Shown here piece by piece: positions 13,754 through 26,176 of a DNA stretch of 64,000 nt (the stretch's first letter is position 1; every line of letters begins with the position of its first letter). The DNA is taken from NCBI RefSeq assembly GCF_006345805.1, contig NC_042998.1:93434001-93498000 (forward strand), written 5' to 3'. The stretch comes from Octopus sinensis (taxonomy: Eukaryota). A model generated the notes under the pieces. The model did not search any database. It was not told the DNA's origin and saw nothing but the letters and a program-made list of their open reading frames with translations. Both the position numbers and the translations under genes were made by a program.

Positions 13754-14310
13754 TGCCCTGATGCAGTACCAGGCGGTGGCTCTCATGGCTCATAATCTTA
13801 ATTGACTGGAAGTGTTATCATGTACATTGTTTTGTTTTGGTATAAAAGATCGGCTACAGCAAATTTTCTGCTCCAAACCACAGATTTGCTTGTCGGTTGC
13901 TTGACCTTAACCACTTGAGCATGTCTCTTAGTGGCTGACGATATGTGCATCTTTGATCATGAGCAGGAATAGTGGGGGGAACATTATAGCCATGTATTGA
14001 GAGGATGTCTCTGGAGTTTGAATAATTCATCTCAGGAAGTATGGGTGTTTTGTTCATCATCCTTAAACAATCCTTATTCAGGGACCTTTTGAGCGGGATG
14101 GGCTACTCGACCTGAAGAAAATTCCAACTGGGCTCCACCTGCAAGGTTATGCGCTGTTTACCGTGATATGAGATCACCATGTCGTGCACATATGGTTGTG
14201 ATGCATGTGCTTGGTGTACCCTGATCAGATAAGTAGCCATGATGGGTATATTGGGTTTTGTGTATTTGTACCCCAGTGTCACTTTAATGGTATGCACTGC
14301 TCTCTCACTC
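13754..14310 (+). mobile_element. 557-bp non-coding interspersed element flanked by (AAT)n
   Basis: Sharp boundaries with AAT tracts on both sides; no ORF resembling a known domain; ends CTCTCTCACTC-(AAT)n. Strand inferred from the tail. Confidence 0.6.
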
Positions 14311-14336
14311 AATAATAATAATAATAATAATAATAA

Positions 14337-15006
14337 TCTTATAATAATTCTGCTTGTCACTGCGTTACTTAGCCCGTCGGTAACACTTTCACGTGATCAG
14401 AAAAAGAGAGGGAAATAGAGGGAGAGAGAAAAGAGGGAGAGAGAAAAAGAGGAGAGAGAAAAAGAGTGAGGGAAAAAAAGAGGGAGAGAGAAGCGTCCAT
14501 GACGTGAGGTCAAGGGAATGTAATTATAACGCTTTCCCGTGATTAGTTGAAGAGAAAGAGAGGAGCGAGAGAAAGAGGATAAGGCGTAGGGTGAGACAGA
14601 AAGAGGGAGAAAGAAGCGTCTAGGGGGAACGTAATATTTGTTATGTGGTTAAAAAAGTTAGTTGAAAGTAGAGGAGGAGAGTTACAATTTCACAAAAGGT
14701 TGTATCATATATACGGGATTTTTTTTTCTGCTGATGGGGGGAATATGGAAAAATAAGAGTGAATATCTGTTTTATGATTGCTGCGTATTAAGTGTATAAA
14801 ATTGTGCATAAAGTATATAAAGTGTATATATAAAGTACATTAAGTAATCATCGTATTCCGATTTCTTTCACTTTTCAAAGAGTAGCAGACTATTTTTCCA
14901 TACAGACACAACACAGGCTACGCTTTCAGTTTTTTTGGACAAAGTTTTCAGGAATAACCCAACAGGTTTACCATTATTTCCGTGTAATATTCACGGGTCC
15001 CGCTTG
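14337..15006 (+). mobile_element. Non-autonomous Helitron-like element
   Basis: 5' A|TC (14336|14337), 3' hairpin CCGTG-N7-CACGG (14980-14996) then CTTG|T (one mismatch to CTRR). The AAT tract resumes after 15006. Confidence 0.6.
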
Positions 15007-16019
15007 TAATAATAAAGATTTGGTTGTGTAGAAGTTCAATGACGATCAATTTCGTCCACCCACCAGTTCTTTTTACTCAATACTATATTTGTAGTTATTT
15101 ACTAGCCAGTAAACTGATAGTGCTACTCATTTCAAAAGTGCAATTTTATCTAAGTAGCAAACTAGATCTCTTCGCAGGTCATTTACAATGTAATTAAACC
15201 ACCATCACGATAACAAGGATTATCACTATCATCGTATCCAGGGCTACTATCGACCTGTTTTAGAGATATCTACTCTGTTAGTTGCTTATGAGAGCAGCAT
15301 TAATTCATACACTTTCTTCAGTATTGTAAACAATATTTTGTTTGCTGTTGATTTCCTAGTTTATTATTATTATTATTTGTAATTTTTCTTTTAAATTCTT
15401 GAATAATTGGGATCACGTTACTTGCTTTTCGCACTGGTTTTTACACTAGGTGAAATATAATACTCAGTTGATAAATTGGACACGATTTTCTTATGACCAG
15501 AAACAATGTTTAATGTGGGTGTTTTGGTTTACAAGACCAAAAATTTTGGAATCAAAAACTGTGCCCGGTTACCTCCAAAAAGGTGATCATATGTTACAAA
15601 ACAATTGTTCAAATTGCACAACCTGATATTTATCATATGGGCTCTGAACGAACGAGAAGAAAACAAAGATAGAAAGAGAACAAGAAAGAAAGTAGGAAAT
15701 AGCTAAAAAAGATAATAAACATGATGAAAAACTGTTAAAGAGGAAAGAACTTTAGTCCCTTCAATTCAGTTTATAAGAATATCTTTTTCATCAACATGGA
15801 TTTTAAAATTAAAAAACTGGAAGCGCCAATCTCATGCTCGGGGAGGAAAAAATGATTCTATGTCTTAGTGGCTTGATCATTTCAACTCTTTTAATATTAC
15901 CACTAAAGCTTACTTTCGGAGCTAACCTAACGGTAAATAGACTTTGCAGCTCGGTTTGCATCTAAAGTTATTACCATTTCACCACATTGATATTAGTTGA
16001 ACTAGTAAGGAAACTTATA

Positions 16020-16210
16020 CGTAGGCCGCTCGACCTACTAGAAAGTTACCACACTTCCCCTAAGTTAGATCGCAACATCTTAAATAAGTAAAATACACAC
16101 TAGATAATGTAGTCTTAGACACCCGTATAAGAAGACTAGACAGTATGGTTGAAACAGCGTTGATCATAACTCTGCTTGAAAAGAACTGATTGGGAGCTAA
16201 ACAACAACTG
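16020..16210 (+). mobile_element. Degenerate interspersed repeat, family E (GCTCGACCT.CTAGAAA ... GGGGCTAAACAACAAC); weaker copies near 31155-31230, 37740-37920, 42140-42240
   Basis: Shared blocks between these sites seen by eye. Confidence 0.45.
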
Positions 16211-16346
16211 AAGTTAGGACATTCGTCTCTTTCCCTCGAAGAAAGGATAAGTGTCACGTGTTTTCTTCCATGTCAACATTTTTGTCTTGAGTTGAAAGAA
16301 ACCCCTCTACCTACTTACCTATCTATGTATATGCATGATTATATAA

Positions 16347-16401
<55 letters not shown>

Positions 16402-16898
16402 TGAATGTAGATTCAGAGGTAGCGTGAATATTTTGTGATTGCTGAGCAAGTGGCAGTGATGATTCAGGTGGTTTTAATAATAAAGTTTCTTTTAGAGGTT
16501 AAAACTGTAGTAGACTTCGTTTATGTTAATATCATCTTACAGATATGGCCAGCTGTAGTTAATTTATGAGGAAATACATTGCGCACAATAGTTAGAAATG
16601 AATTGCCGATGCAACCGAGGAATGTTATTGCAGAAGTAGTGTCAGTAAAGTTTATGAAATCGAAAATACTTCTGTAAGAGTGAAATGTATATTTAGTAAA
16701 GCTCAATAAAATCTCATAAAAAATTTTTTTCCCATAATGAACAGGATGTCTGAAAATATGAAGAAATAACACGGCCAGCTTGCATTAGTCAGAACACCAT
16801 CGGACGGAAAAGTGGTTCTGATGATAACGTTGGAATAAATATTGGTTTTCTTGCTGTATAATAGAAAATGCGCACTTGTAGCTCCTATGTAAACAAAG

Positions 16899-16936
<38 letters not shown>

Positions 16937-18332
16937 CTTAAACTGTGTGTTTGTCTATACTGTTAACAACTTAGATTACATGTATATCATCAAGTTATGT
17001 ATGTGCTCTATTCAGCTAAAACAGTTAAGACTCACTTCTAAGTCGACACTAATAGTGTCGCAAAAGATGGCAAACTTCCATCTTAGACGTCACCAGTCTG
17101 TGTTGAATTCACATGTAAATACCATAAAAGGCACAGTTCACGTCTAAGGTAAACAATGCACTGAGTAACAGGCGTGTATTGCTTGGAGCAAAAGATTTTA
17201 TTCCAGCCTTAATCGAACTGATTGTCGTTCGAACGAAGAAAAGAGACAACTGGCTCTTAGCAATTTAAAGACATGAAAACCAAAATAAATTCCGACAGTC
17301 TGTAACTGTATCTGAAAGTCGGTGGAGGAAAAAAAGACAAAGGCAAAATTGAAAATAAAATTTTAAGGTTTATTAAGTAAGGGATTTAAGAAAAGTGTCT
17401 AAAATTCGGAAACGGATAATAACCTTATAATTTATAGAAAACCTGTCTGAGAAGTTTTTCACAGAGAAGAAGCAATGATTTTGCAAAGATTCTAAATTTG
17501 GCCAAAAAGATCTGCAGAGACAACACAACTGATTTGATAACCTAGCAACCTGCTGACTTACCGTTTTTAAGTTCATATCCACTGTAGTCTTTCGTTATTT
17601 GTCAATGTGAGTCATTTTATTCCAAGTTTTGAATTTAAGTAGATAACATATACAAAGCTCTGTGGGAAAATTTACTTGCTATAGAAAATAACTTCAGATC
17701 TTAGGGAGATTTATTTAACAGCCTAACACTACGGAAAGTGAAATTAAGTTGTAGCAATGAATAAGCAGAAACAATAGAATGTAAAATGTCTTGCGTTTAT
17801 ATAACTACTTAACTTTACGTCTTGAGTTCAGTTCCCTCCGAGATTAATTCTGCTCTACAAACATTGATAAAATAAGTACCAATCAATCATGGAGGACTTC
17901 AAGTTTCAAGCTTAACTAGACTAATCATACATCTCTATTTCCTGTAGAAGTGCAAATATTCAGTTGGTTTCGTAGAAGTTTTAAAAGTAAACTGTTAAAA
18001 AAAATTAAGTATTTTACCCGAACATCAAAAGCCTGCCATCGACAGTAGGTTACTGTAACATGACTTTAAATAGCAGAGCAAGAATAAAAAAACTCAAAAT
18101 CACATTTAAAAAGGCAAATCTATTTTAATGGATAACTAAATAAACAGGAAGGAAAAGGTAAAGGAATCTAATCAGAAAAATCTTTATTAGATGTAAGAAT
18201 TTATCAACCGTATAGAAAACTGATAAGTCTAGCTTAATCAGTTTTTTTTTTCTATTAGGATATTTTTCTATAAGCACAAATATATAAATTTGTAGGGAAG
18301 GGCACAGCCAACTGAACTAAGCCCAGAACACT

Positions 18333-18415
18333 AATGGAATCTATCTTATCGACTGTTCAGGACTGGAATCTATCTTATCGACTGAACATGGCTGAAATCT
18401 ATCTTATCGACTGTT
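18333..18415. repeat. Three-copy 29-bp tandem repeat
   Basis: Identical 18-mer AATCTATCTTATCGACTG at 18338, 18367 and 18396. Confidence 0.92.
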
Positions 18416-18751
18416 GTAGTACGTCGATCCCGTATTACAATTTCTGTTATACCGCAATCTTTAGTAGAGTTAAGATAAATTTATCCATTTTCACACCTTT
18501 TGATCAGAAAGTAAAATATATTTACATTCTCCTTTACTGCTATTTCTGTAATTATCATGTCATCATAATTATTGCCATAAGTAGAATCTGAGTAAATATA
18601 ATATATTATACAGTATTATATTATATTATACAATAATCAAAAACAATCATGATAGATAAAAAAATATGGTGACCAGTGCTAGTACAAGGTCCACTGTTGC
18701 ATCATGGAATCATCTAAAATTCATGTATATTCTCCAAGATTTGGTCAATAC

Positions 18752-18913
18752 AACGGGCTTCTTTCAGTTTCCGTCTACCAAATCCACTCACAAGGCTTTC
18801 GTCGGCCCGAGGCCAAAGTGGAAGACACTTGACCAAGGTGCCACGCAGTGGGACTGAAGCCGGAACCATATGGTTAGCAAGCAAGCTACTTACCACACAG
18901 CCACTCTTGCGCC
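18752..18913 (-). mobile_element. tRNA-derived SINE family B, head half (CACCTTGGGCAAGTG, CORE-like)
   Basis: A/B-box-like head; matches copies at 34807, 38200 and 62881. Confidence 0.85.
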
Positions 18914-19499
18914 TATATTTTCTTTATATAATTTTAAAAATCATTTTCATTAAATTCCTTCTTAAATTGAAATGTCTTAGAATAACTTCTGTGTTACTTC
19001 CATCTCCATCTTTAATATTTAATAATTTTATTTGTATGGATCTCGAATATTTTTTTCAAAAATAGAGCTCCTTCTCTAGCGTTCACCACTTCACCTCGTT
19101 ATGACTTAAAAGCCTTCACCGTTTGTTTTTACTGTTTTGTTCTTACTGTCCTGTTTTTGTTACTAGTTTAGCCCTCTGCAAAAATACCAAATTTTATTTA
19201 ACTTGCTTTGCGGGAAGGACGGTTTTAACGGAGTTGCGTCTTGTTCAACCTCCGAAACGCGGAGTAGATAAAACATGGGACAACTAAAGAAGGAGATGTA
19301 TTTTTATACTGCCTGTGTCGTTTCTCTATTTGTTTCTTTCGCTGTCCGAAAAAAGTTCGTTTTCCATGTTTTTGCTTTTTTATGTTCTCATTTTAAATTT
19401 AGTTCACGTTTTTGGACGTCCTGTATCCATATATGCATCTATATATTCATATATATGAAGGTATGTACATATTTGTATGTACAAATGCATATATATATA

Positions 19500-20448
19500 T
19501 TAGGTCGTCAAGAACGAAATTTGTAGTAAGATATATGGTAAACTTTGACTGTTGCCCATTTTGCGCCATTATTATATTTTGACAATCTTTATTTTTTGTG
19601 AGAAAGCTAACACATCTATTTCTTAATTCTAAATCATTTTGTGCTTTAGAAACTATTTATAAATCTTGTTTTGTTATTTTTGCTTAGAGATTGATAAGGC
19701 AGTTTTGAACTCAATGAAGAACAGAAACAGCAACATTTGGAAGCCTGCCTTGAGCTACTTTCTCGTCACAAAAATAAATCATTTTTGAATCGCATTGTAA
19801 CGTGATGAGAAATGGATCCAATGCAACAACCATAAATGTTCAGCACAATGGTTGGAGAAAGACGAGCCACCAAAATACAGTCCAAAAAGCAAAATTCATT
19901 AAACGAAGCTGATGGTGCTGTTTGGTGGTCTGGCCCAGGTGTGATCCATTATGATTTCATTAAAACTGGTTCAACAATCACAGCCGAAGTATACTGTAGC
20001 CAGCTGGACCAAATGATGCAGAAACTTAGAAAAAACAGCCTAGATTAGTCAACAGATCAACTCCTATTTTATTGCAAGACAACGCCAGATCTTACACCGC
20101 AAAAATGACATTGGCAAAACTACAGGAGTTGGAGTTGGAAGTTCTCCATCATCCACCATACTAACTTGATCTTGCCTCCACTGACTAACACTTCTTCCAG
20201 AATTTGGATAACTTTTTGATAGGAAAAAATTTAATTCTGGCGAGGCTGTAAAACAGGCCTTTCAAAATTTTAGTGCCTCTAGACTGTCAGACTTTTACAG
20301 TTCCGGGCTGGACAAGCTACCGCTGAAATGGCAAAAGTATGTTGACAATATGGGTGCAAACTTTGATGAATAAAGCTATTCCTTGTATTTATAAGACATA
20401 AGCAAACTTACTCTTCTTTTCTACAAATTTCATACTTGACGACCTTAA

Positions 20449-20449
<1 letters not shown>
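19500..20449 (+). mobile_element. Internally deleted mariner (DD34D) with both terminal inverted repeats
   Basis: 5' TTAGGTCGTCAAGAACGAAATTTGTAG versus reverse complement of 3' CTACAAATTTCATACTTGACGACCTTAA. Remnant RIVT.DEKWI, LLQDNAR (Asp codon 20078), HPPY.LDLASTD (Asp codon 20183): 34 residues between the two Asp. N-terminal HTH region absent. TA flanks. Confidence 0.92.
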
Positions 20450-20543
<94 letters not shown>

Positions 20544-20546
20544 CAT

Positions 20547-20746
20547 GTAACCAGATGTGAATCGTTGGCGATTTTCTTCCTCCGTCTTCCTTTCTCTTGG
20601 ACTTTCTTCTGTTTCTGAAAAAAGCGTTGCTCGAAACGTTAAATCACTTCTCTTTCCTTCCCTGAACGTCTGCTAATACTTTACATGTACCATGTCCACG
20701 CGTTGGTGTTTTTTTGTGTTGTTGTTGTTCTTTTTCGGGATTTACT
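20547..20746 (+). mobile_element. Short hammerhead-bearing repeat (family HH2), degenerate copy
   Basis: Homologous to 27150-27346; GTTT CTGAAAA AAGC GTT GCTC GAAA CGTT AAAT at 20611-20644. Confidence 0.7.
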
Positions 20747-21164
20747 GTATATACATATACATATATACATAATAAAATAAAATTTTCTTATAAAATATAT
20801 TTTTATGTATGCTTCACAATATATGGACTGTATTAAGAAGTGCTCATTGCGAACTAAATCGAAGGATATGGGAAATTTTAGTAAGAACTATGCATCATGT
20901 ACGCTGTGTTACGGTACCGAATTGAGGAGTGACAAATAAAGAGATAAAAATTCGAGGTAAGGATTCCAAAAGGAACCGTTCGAATCAATTAAGAAATCAA
21001 TGTTTATAGGAAATGTAGGATGAGAATTTAAAAATTCAGGACTAAATATGTAGATAAAATAAATATATAAAGATTCGGGTGAATTCGGGTAAAAGATATC
21101 ATCTACGGTCGTTTCAGGGGTGCAATAAATATATAAATGGCGTATTAAGTATTCCAAATACAGA

Positions 21165-21300
21165 AACATATTGCCCCTCTCGTCATGATGGTTTACAGCG
21201 GGGTGGCATCATTTGAAGGCTAAAACAATGCGAAACGCATTGTGACTAGCGATGTGTAGCAACATCTGATAGCCTGGTCGGTCACGGTGATCACGGTGAC
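21165..21300 (+). mobile_element. Probable LINE/SINE 3' end: stem-loop plus short tandem tail
   Basis: Perfect hairpin CAATGCG-AAA-CGCATTG (21226-21242), tail (TCACGGTGA)2, then a TA microsatellite. Confidence 0.45.
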
Positions 21301-21612
21301 ATATATATACCTATATACATATATACATATACATACATATACATATAGATATATGCATATATACACATACTTATATACACATGCTGGCCAGGTTGGAGCA
21401 ATCTCGAATATAACCAGCCGAAATTGCATAGATAATCTGGAATTCGACTGAGGAATTCAGATTCGTTAGTTACATTGAACAAAAATTAGTAGAAGAAAAG
21501 TTATGGCGTAAAATGCCACGAAATTTCGTGTCAGGAAGTAAGAGAGTAAGGAAGTAATGCTTAGCAATAAGAATAATAAAGAATATATTACTAAAATGAA
21601 TGCTTTATGTCC

Positions 21613-21728
21613 TAAGGCGGCAAGCTGGCAGAAACGTTAGCATAGCGGACGAAATGCTTATCGATATTTCGCCTGTATTTACATTCTGAGTTCAAATTTC
21701 GCCAAGTCGACTTTGCTTTTTATTCATT
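21613..21728 (+). mobile_element. SINE family A, 5' half
   Basis: AAGGCGGCAAGCTGGCAGAAACGTTAGC head and GTTCAAATTTCGCC B-box. Confidence 0.8.
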
Positions 21729-21800
21729 TTGCATCTTTTCAATTTGACGTACAGATTATTTAATTTTTTAAACTACACACTTTGAAACTTATAGATAGAT

Positions 21801-21851
<51 letters not shown>

Positions 21852-21870
21852 CACACATATATACATACAT

Positions 21871-22246
21871 GAGGGTGGATGAGTATATACATATAGGCGC
21901 ATGTGTATGTATAGACATGCGCGCTTACGCGATTACTATGAGCATTTTTACTCCCTCACCTTTACTCCTTCCCCTTACTTAGGGGTCATTCTAATAGCTC
22001 TTTTTCTTAATAACGGTCAATTACACAGTAATTTCTCTTTGTTTTAACGGTCATTTTCGTACCATTTTTTTCGATGGTCCGATAACGGAAGTGATGCCGG
22101 CCTGGGTTTCCGCCTCAACATCCGAAAACTGGAGATTTATCATGGCTCCCGAATAATTGTCACATATTACATTTACAGATGAATTCCTCTATTTACATAA
22201 CATCGAGGTCTCTTTCATTCTTTTGTTGTTTTGACATTTCTATCAA
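21871..22246. repeat. Unclassified ~380-bp interspersed repeat, copy 1
   Basis: Collinear with 23267-23658 over its length. Confidence 0.8.
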
Positions 22247-22249
22247 GAG

Positions 22250-22490
22250 CTTACACTTGGCTAAGATCTTCCAATGGATGTTGTAACTGACACCTTTATC
22301 TTTTAAGTACATCCATTGGAAGATCTTAGTCAAGTTTAAGCCCTACACCAACGGCAGTGAAAAGTGCGGTCTTTGTGATATGGAAAGATGGCTCATCTGG
22401 AAAAGCAGTTGAAATCCGCCACATGTCTGAATTCAAGAACTGACCTTTTTGGATAATGCCCATACGTTGCTAAATATTTGTAACGTTTTT
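22250..22490 (+). mobile_element. Penelope-like element remnant (GIY-YIG endonuclease C-terminus) with an inverted 5' segment
   Basis: KYIHWKILVKFKPYTNGSEKCGLCDMERWLIWKSS*, then after a frameshift CLNSRTDLFG*CPYVAKYL*, matching the W.IL..PY.N.S..C.LC..E..LN.R.(E/D)L..C.H..K pattern of Penelope-like ORF ends. 22250-22281 is an inverted copy of 22309-22340 (30/32). Confidence 0.68.
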
Positions 22491-22861
22491 GGTCCCCCCG
22501 AGATTACAGATAGGACTTGCTTTCTATATTATGTCCACATACAAGCTTTTTATATCTTTATATTTTTACTTATATTTATTATATATTTTTATATATATTT
22601 ATATATTTTTTACACTTATATTTTTTTACATATATATATAGATATTGTTTTATAGATATATTACTCATATTTTTACACATATTTTGTCTGTATTCTACCT
22701 TCCACCCTGCATTTTCCCTGTGCGTATATAGACGTGTATATGGAATCTTTTGTGTGCACACGTGGATGTGTGCGTGTGCGCGCATGTGGATGTGTGCGTG
22801 TGTGCGGGTTGTGTGTATATAGATGTGTGCGTGCGTGTGTGTGTGTGTGTGCATGTGAATA

Positions 22862-23200
22862 TGTGCGTATATAGACGTGTTTTACTCGTTATTTTTTTAT
22901 ACATTTTTACACATTTTGTATTTTGCCTTTAGCTCTGTTTTTTTTTTTTCTTGCGCATGTGCGTGTATAGACGTGTGTATGAACTTGTTTGTGCGTGCGT
23001 GTGCCTGTGTGTGTGTGTGCGTATATAGACGTGCGTGTGGGTGTGCATACGGGCATGTGCGTATATAGACGTGTTTTACTCTTATTGCTTTTTTTTTTTA
23101 TACTTTTCACATTTTTTGTATCTTTGACCTTAGCCCTGTTTATTCTTGTGCATGTGCGAATATAGACGTGTGTATGAACCTTTTTGGTGTCTATGTGTGT
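22862..23200. repeat. Diverged ~195-bp tandem duplication built on a GTGCGTATATAGACGTG motif
   Basis: Two units starting near 22862 and 23057; motif variants recur from about 22720 to 23170. Confidence 0.7.
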
Positions 23201-23266
23201 GGGGGATTGTATATATATATACATATATATTGGCGAATGGTGTGGGTGAGAATGTGTGTTTCAAGT

Positions 23267-23658
23267 GAGGGTAGATGAGTGTATACTTATAGGCGCATGT
23301 ACGTGAGTGTGCGGGCACACATGTGTAGGTATGGACATGCGCGCTTACACGAATACTATGACATTTTTACCCCCTTACTTTTAATCCCTACCCTCACTTA
23401 GCAGTCTTCAAATAGCTCTTTTGTCTAAATAACAGTCAATCACACAGTAATTTCCCTTTGTTTAACGGTCATTTTCATAGCATTTTTGGCCGAATAACTG
23501 AAGAGATAGCGGCGTGAATTTCCACCCCGACATCCGAAACTCGAAGTTTTATAATGGCTACCGAATAATTGTCACATATTACGTTTACAGATAAATTCCT
23601 CTATTTACATAATATCGAGGTCTCTTTCATTCTTTTGTTGCCTTACCAATTCTATCAA
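23267..23658. repeat. Unclassified ~380-bp interspersed repeat, copy 2
   Basis: Collinear with 21871-22246. Confidence 0.8.
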
Positions 23659-23659
23659 T

Positions 23660-23694
<35 letters not shown>

Positions 23695-25350
23695 AATATA
23701 TATATATACATATATATACACATATATACATATATATATACATATATAAATACTTTATTTAAAGCAGCAGAAAATTCAACCAAATCTGTTACTCTGAGTT
23801 TCTCGTTGCCATTCATCAGACAGTTTTTGTTAGAATGGAACCGATATATCAATTCAATCCAGACTCTTACAAACGCTACACCTTTAAAAAAATGGACTTG
23901 TTTGATTGGCCCTTTAGAAATAACGGTCAATCTTCGAGCGATAAACAAAAATGAGCTCAAAAATATATATGTATATATATATATAAAAAAATTATAAAAA
24001 TTATAAAATTCGAGGAAAAACCTTACATTGAATAAAATACATATTGACGTTAATGAAGGAAATATAATTAATACATAGAAATTAAAATGCATTATAAATA
24101 TTACACTGCAATACATATTCATATTAAAGTGTACATATATATATCAACATACACAGAAGGATGCGTGCAAACGCCATACATATACAGACGTATAAATATA
24201 AATCTAAAATATACACACAAATGCATGCATACATATATATACGCAATCTATCTCGCACGCAAGTTAAAATCATCGATGCTAATGTAGCGTTCCTTATTTA
24301 CGGAGCAAAGCTTAAGACAAGTAAGTGAGGGGGACGTAAAGTTGTATGCACCAGTATCAGTTAGAGAAAAAAAACCAAAGAAAGGAAGAGAGAGAGAAAA
24401 AGGAACGAAGAAGGGGAAGGAAAAAAGAAAAAGGAGGGGTGGGGAAAAACGAAATAAGAAAAATTATGTATACAAGCTGTGTAACCACGTTATTGACATA
24501 TATATAGAGACAAGTATACAAACACACAAGTTCAAATGGATACATACACATACATATATACATAAATGGATACATACACATATATATATATAGACGCGCA
24601 CATATATTGAACATATATATACGCATACATACACACACACATACATATATATATACATACACAAACACATATATACATATGCATACATATACACATATGT
24701 ACATTTACATTCATACATACGCATACACACATATTTACATATACATAAAAGTATACACACACTTATATATAAATACATACATAGATACGTACATATAGGA
24801 GAGGAGGTGAATTTCGATTATCCTTACGTGGTGGGTTGTAATTCAAAAATATATAGAAAATTAGAGAAGGATAATGCACACAGTTTGCATGGCTTTAATA
24901 TATTTTTAAATATATTTTATAGGGTGAAAAAATATTGTGTTAATCGACACGTTCCGCTTTCGCTAATCATGATATTGAAATTATTATAATTTCCTATTTT
25001 CTTAAGATTTTATTCAATGGTATGTATGGGAGTTTGCGAATGAATCAACAAGCAGAAAAATCTAAGGAGAGTCAATTGGTGATTGTTATTATTCGGGACA
25101 GAGGAGGCAGTTGCTCATTTTGGGGGGAGGGGATCAATAAATATAGAAAAGCTCAAAAACCAAACAAGTGAGATGAAATATTTGCAGTGATACGTATGTG
25201 AATATATATCAAAATATATACTGAGACCAGAGTTGGTTGTGCATTCATATTTAGGTGTGTTCTGTATTTTTCGATAAATAAATTTTCTTTATTTAAGTGT
25301 TTTTGTAGAGAAATTGTTTCTTTGCATTGGTAGATGTATTTTACGTTCCT

Positions 25351-25401
<51 letters not shown>

Positions 25402-25980
25402 TTTATATATATATATATATATACATATAGATATTAATACATAAATATACATATACATACATATTTATATACACATGCATAAGCATATATTCATATTTAT
25501 AAACATATGAATATGTAATACTGAGTTCTATACTGAGCTAACATACACACACACGCGCGCGCGCGCGCACATATATATATATGTGTGTGCGTGTGTGCAT
25601 GTGTGTGTATATGTGTGATTATGATGATGATAATGATGATGATGATATTTTGCATATAAAGAAAGAAAAAAATTGTAACTGACACAGTGATGATAAAAGT
25701 GTGAAATTACTACAAAATGAAGATGTAAAAAGGATAAGTAATTAAAGGAGCTAAGTAATAGAATTATTGCTGATAATAGATAAGATTCCACTTCATAAAT
25801 GTATATTGAAGATCAGACAGGTTAAGAATGTTGATTATTTATACGACATACGATGTAGACTGAGTAAAAAGTAAATATATTCGACTGATGAATTTCCTTT
25901 TGCTGCCGATTAGAAATGGTTTCGCAGTAGTGGAGGTCACATTTTGAAAACGCCCAAATAGTCTGGATTACCCGGAATAG

Positions 25981-26039
<59 letters not shown>

Positions 26040-26119
26040 CACACATACCACACAAAGGCAAGCAAACAGACTGAGTAATAGATATCGATAGAGAGATACA
26101 TATATAGACAGACATAGAA

Positions 26120-26176
<57 letters not shown>

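Noticed and set aside
14090-14180. Possible HDV-like ribozyme (GC-TCCACCT-GC loop) in the 557-bp element
   Set aside because: No GG for P1.1 after the putative P1 and no P2 partner found.
16543-16673. 131-nt segment between a good acceptor and GTAAGA
   Set aside because: All three frames contain early stops; could only be non-coding and has no other support.
18333-18415. CRISPR-like repeat-spacer appearance
   Set aside because: Linkers are only 11 bp, there are three units, no cas genes, and the context is eukaryotic.
23498-23550. CTGAAGAG...CCGAAAC hammerhead-like spacing
   Set aside because: No stem II pairing, and the homologous copy near 22085 lacks the motif.
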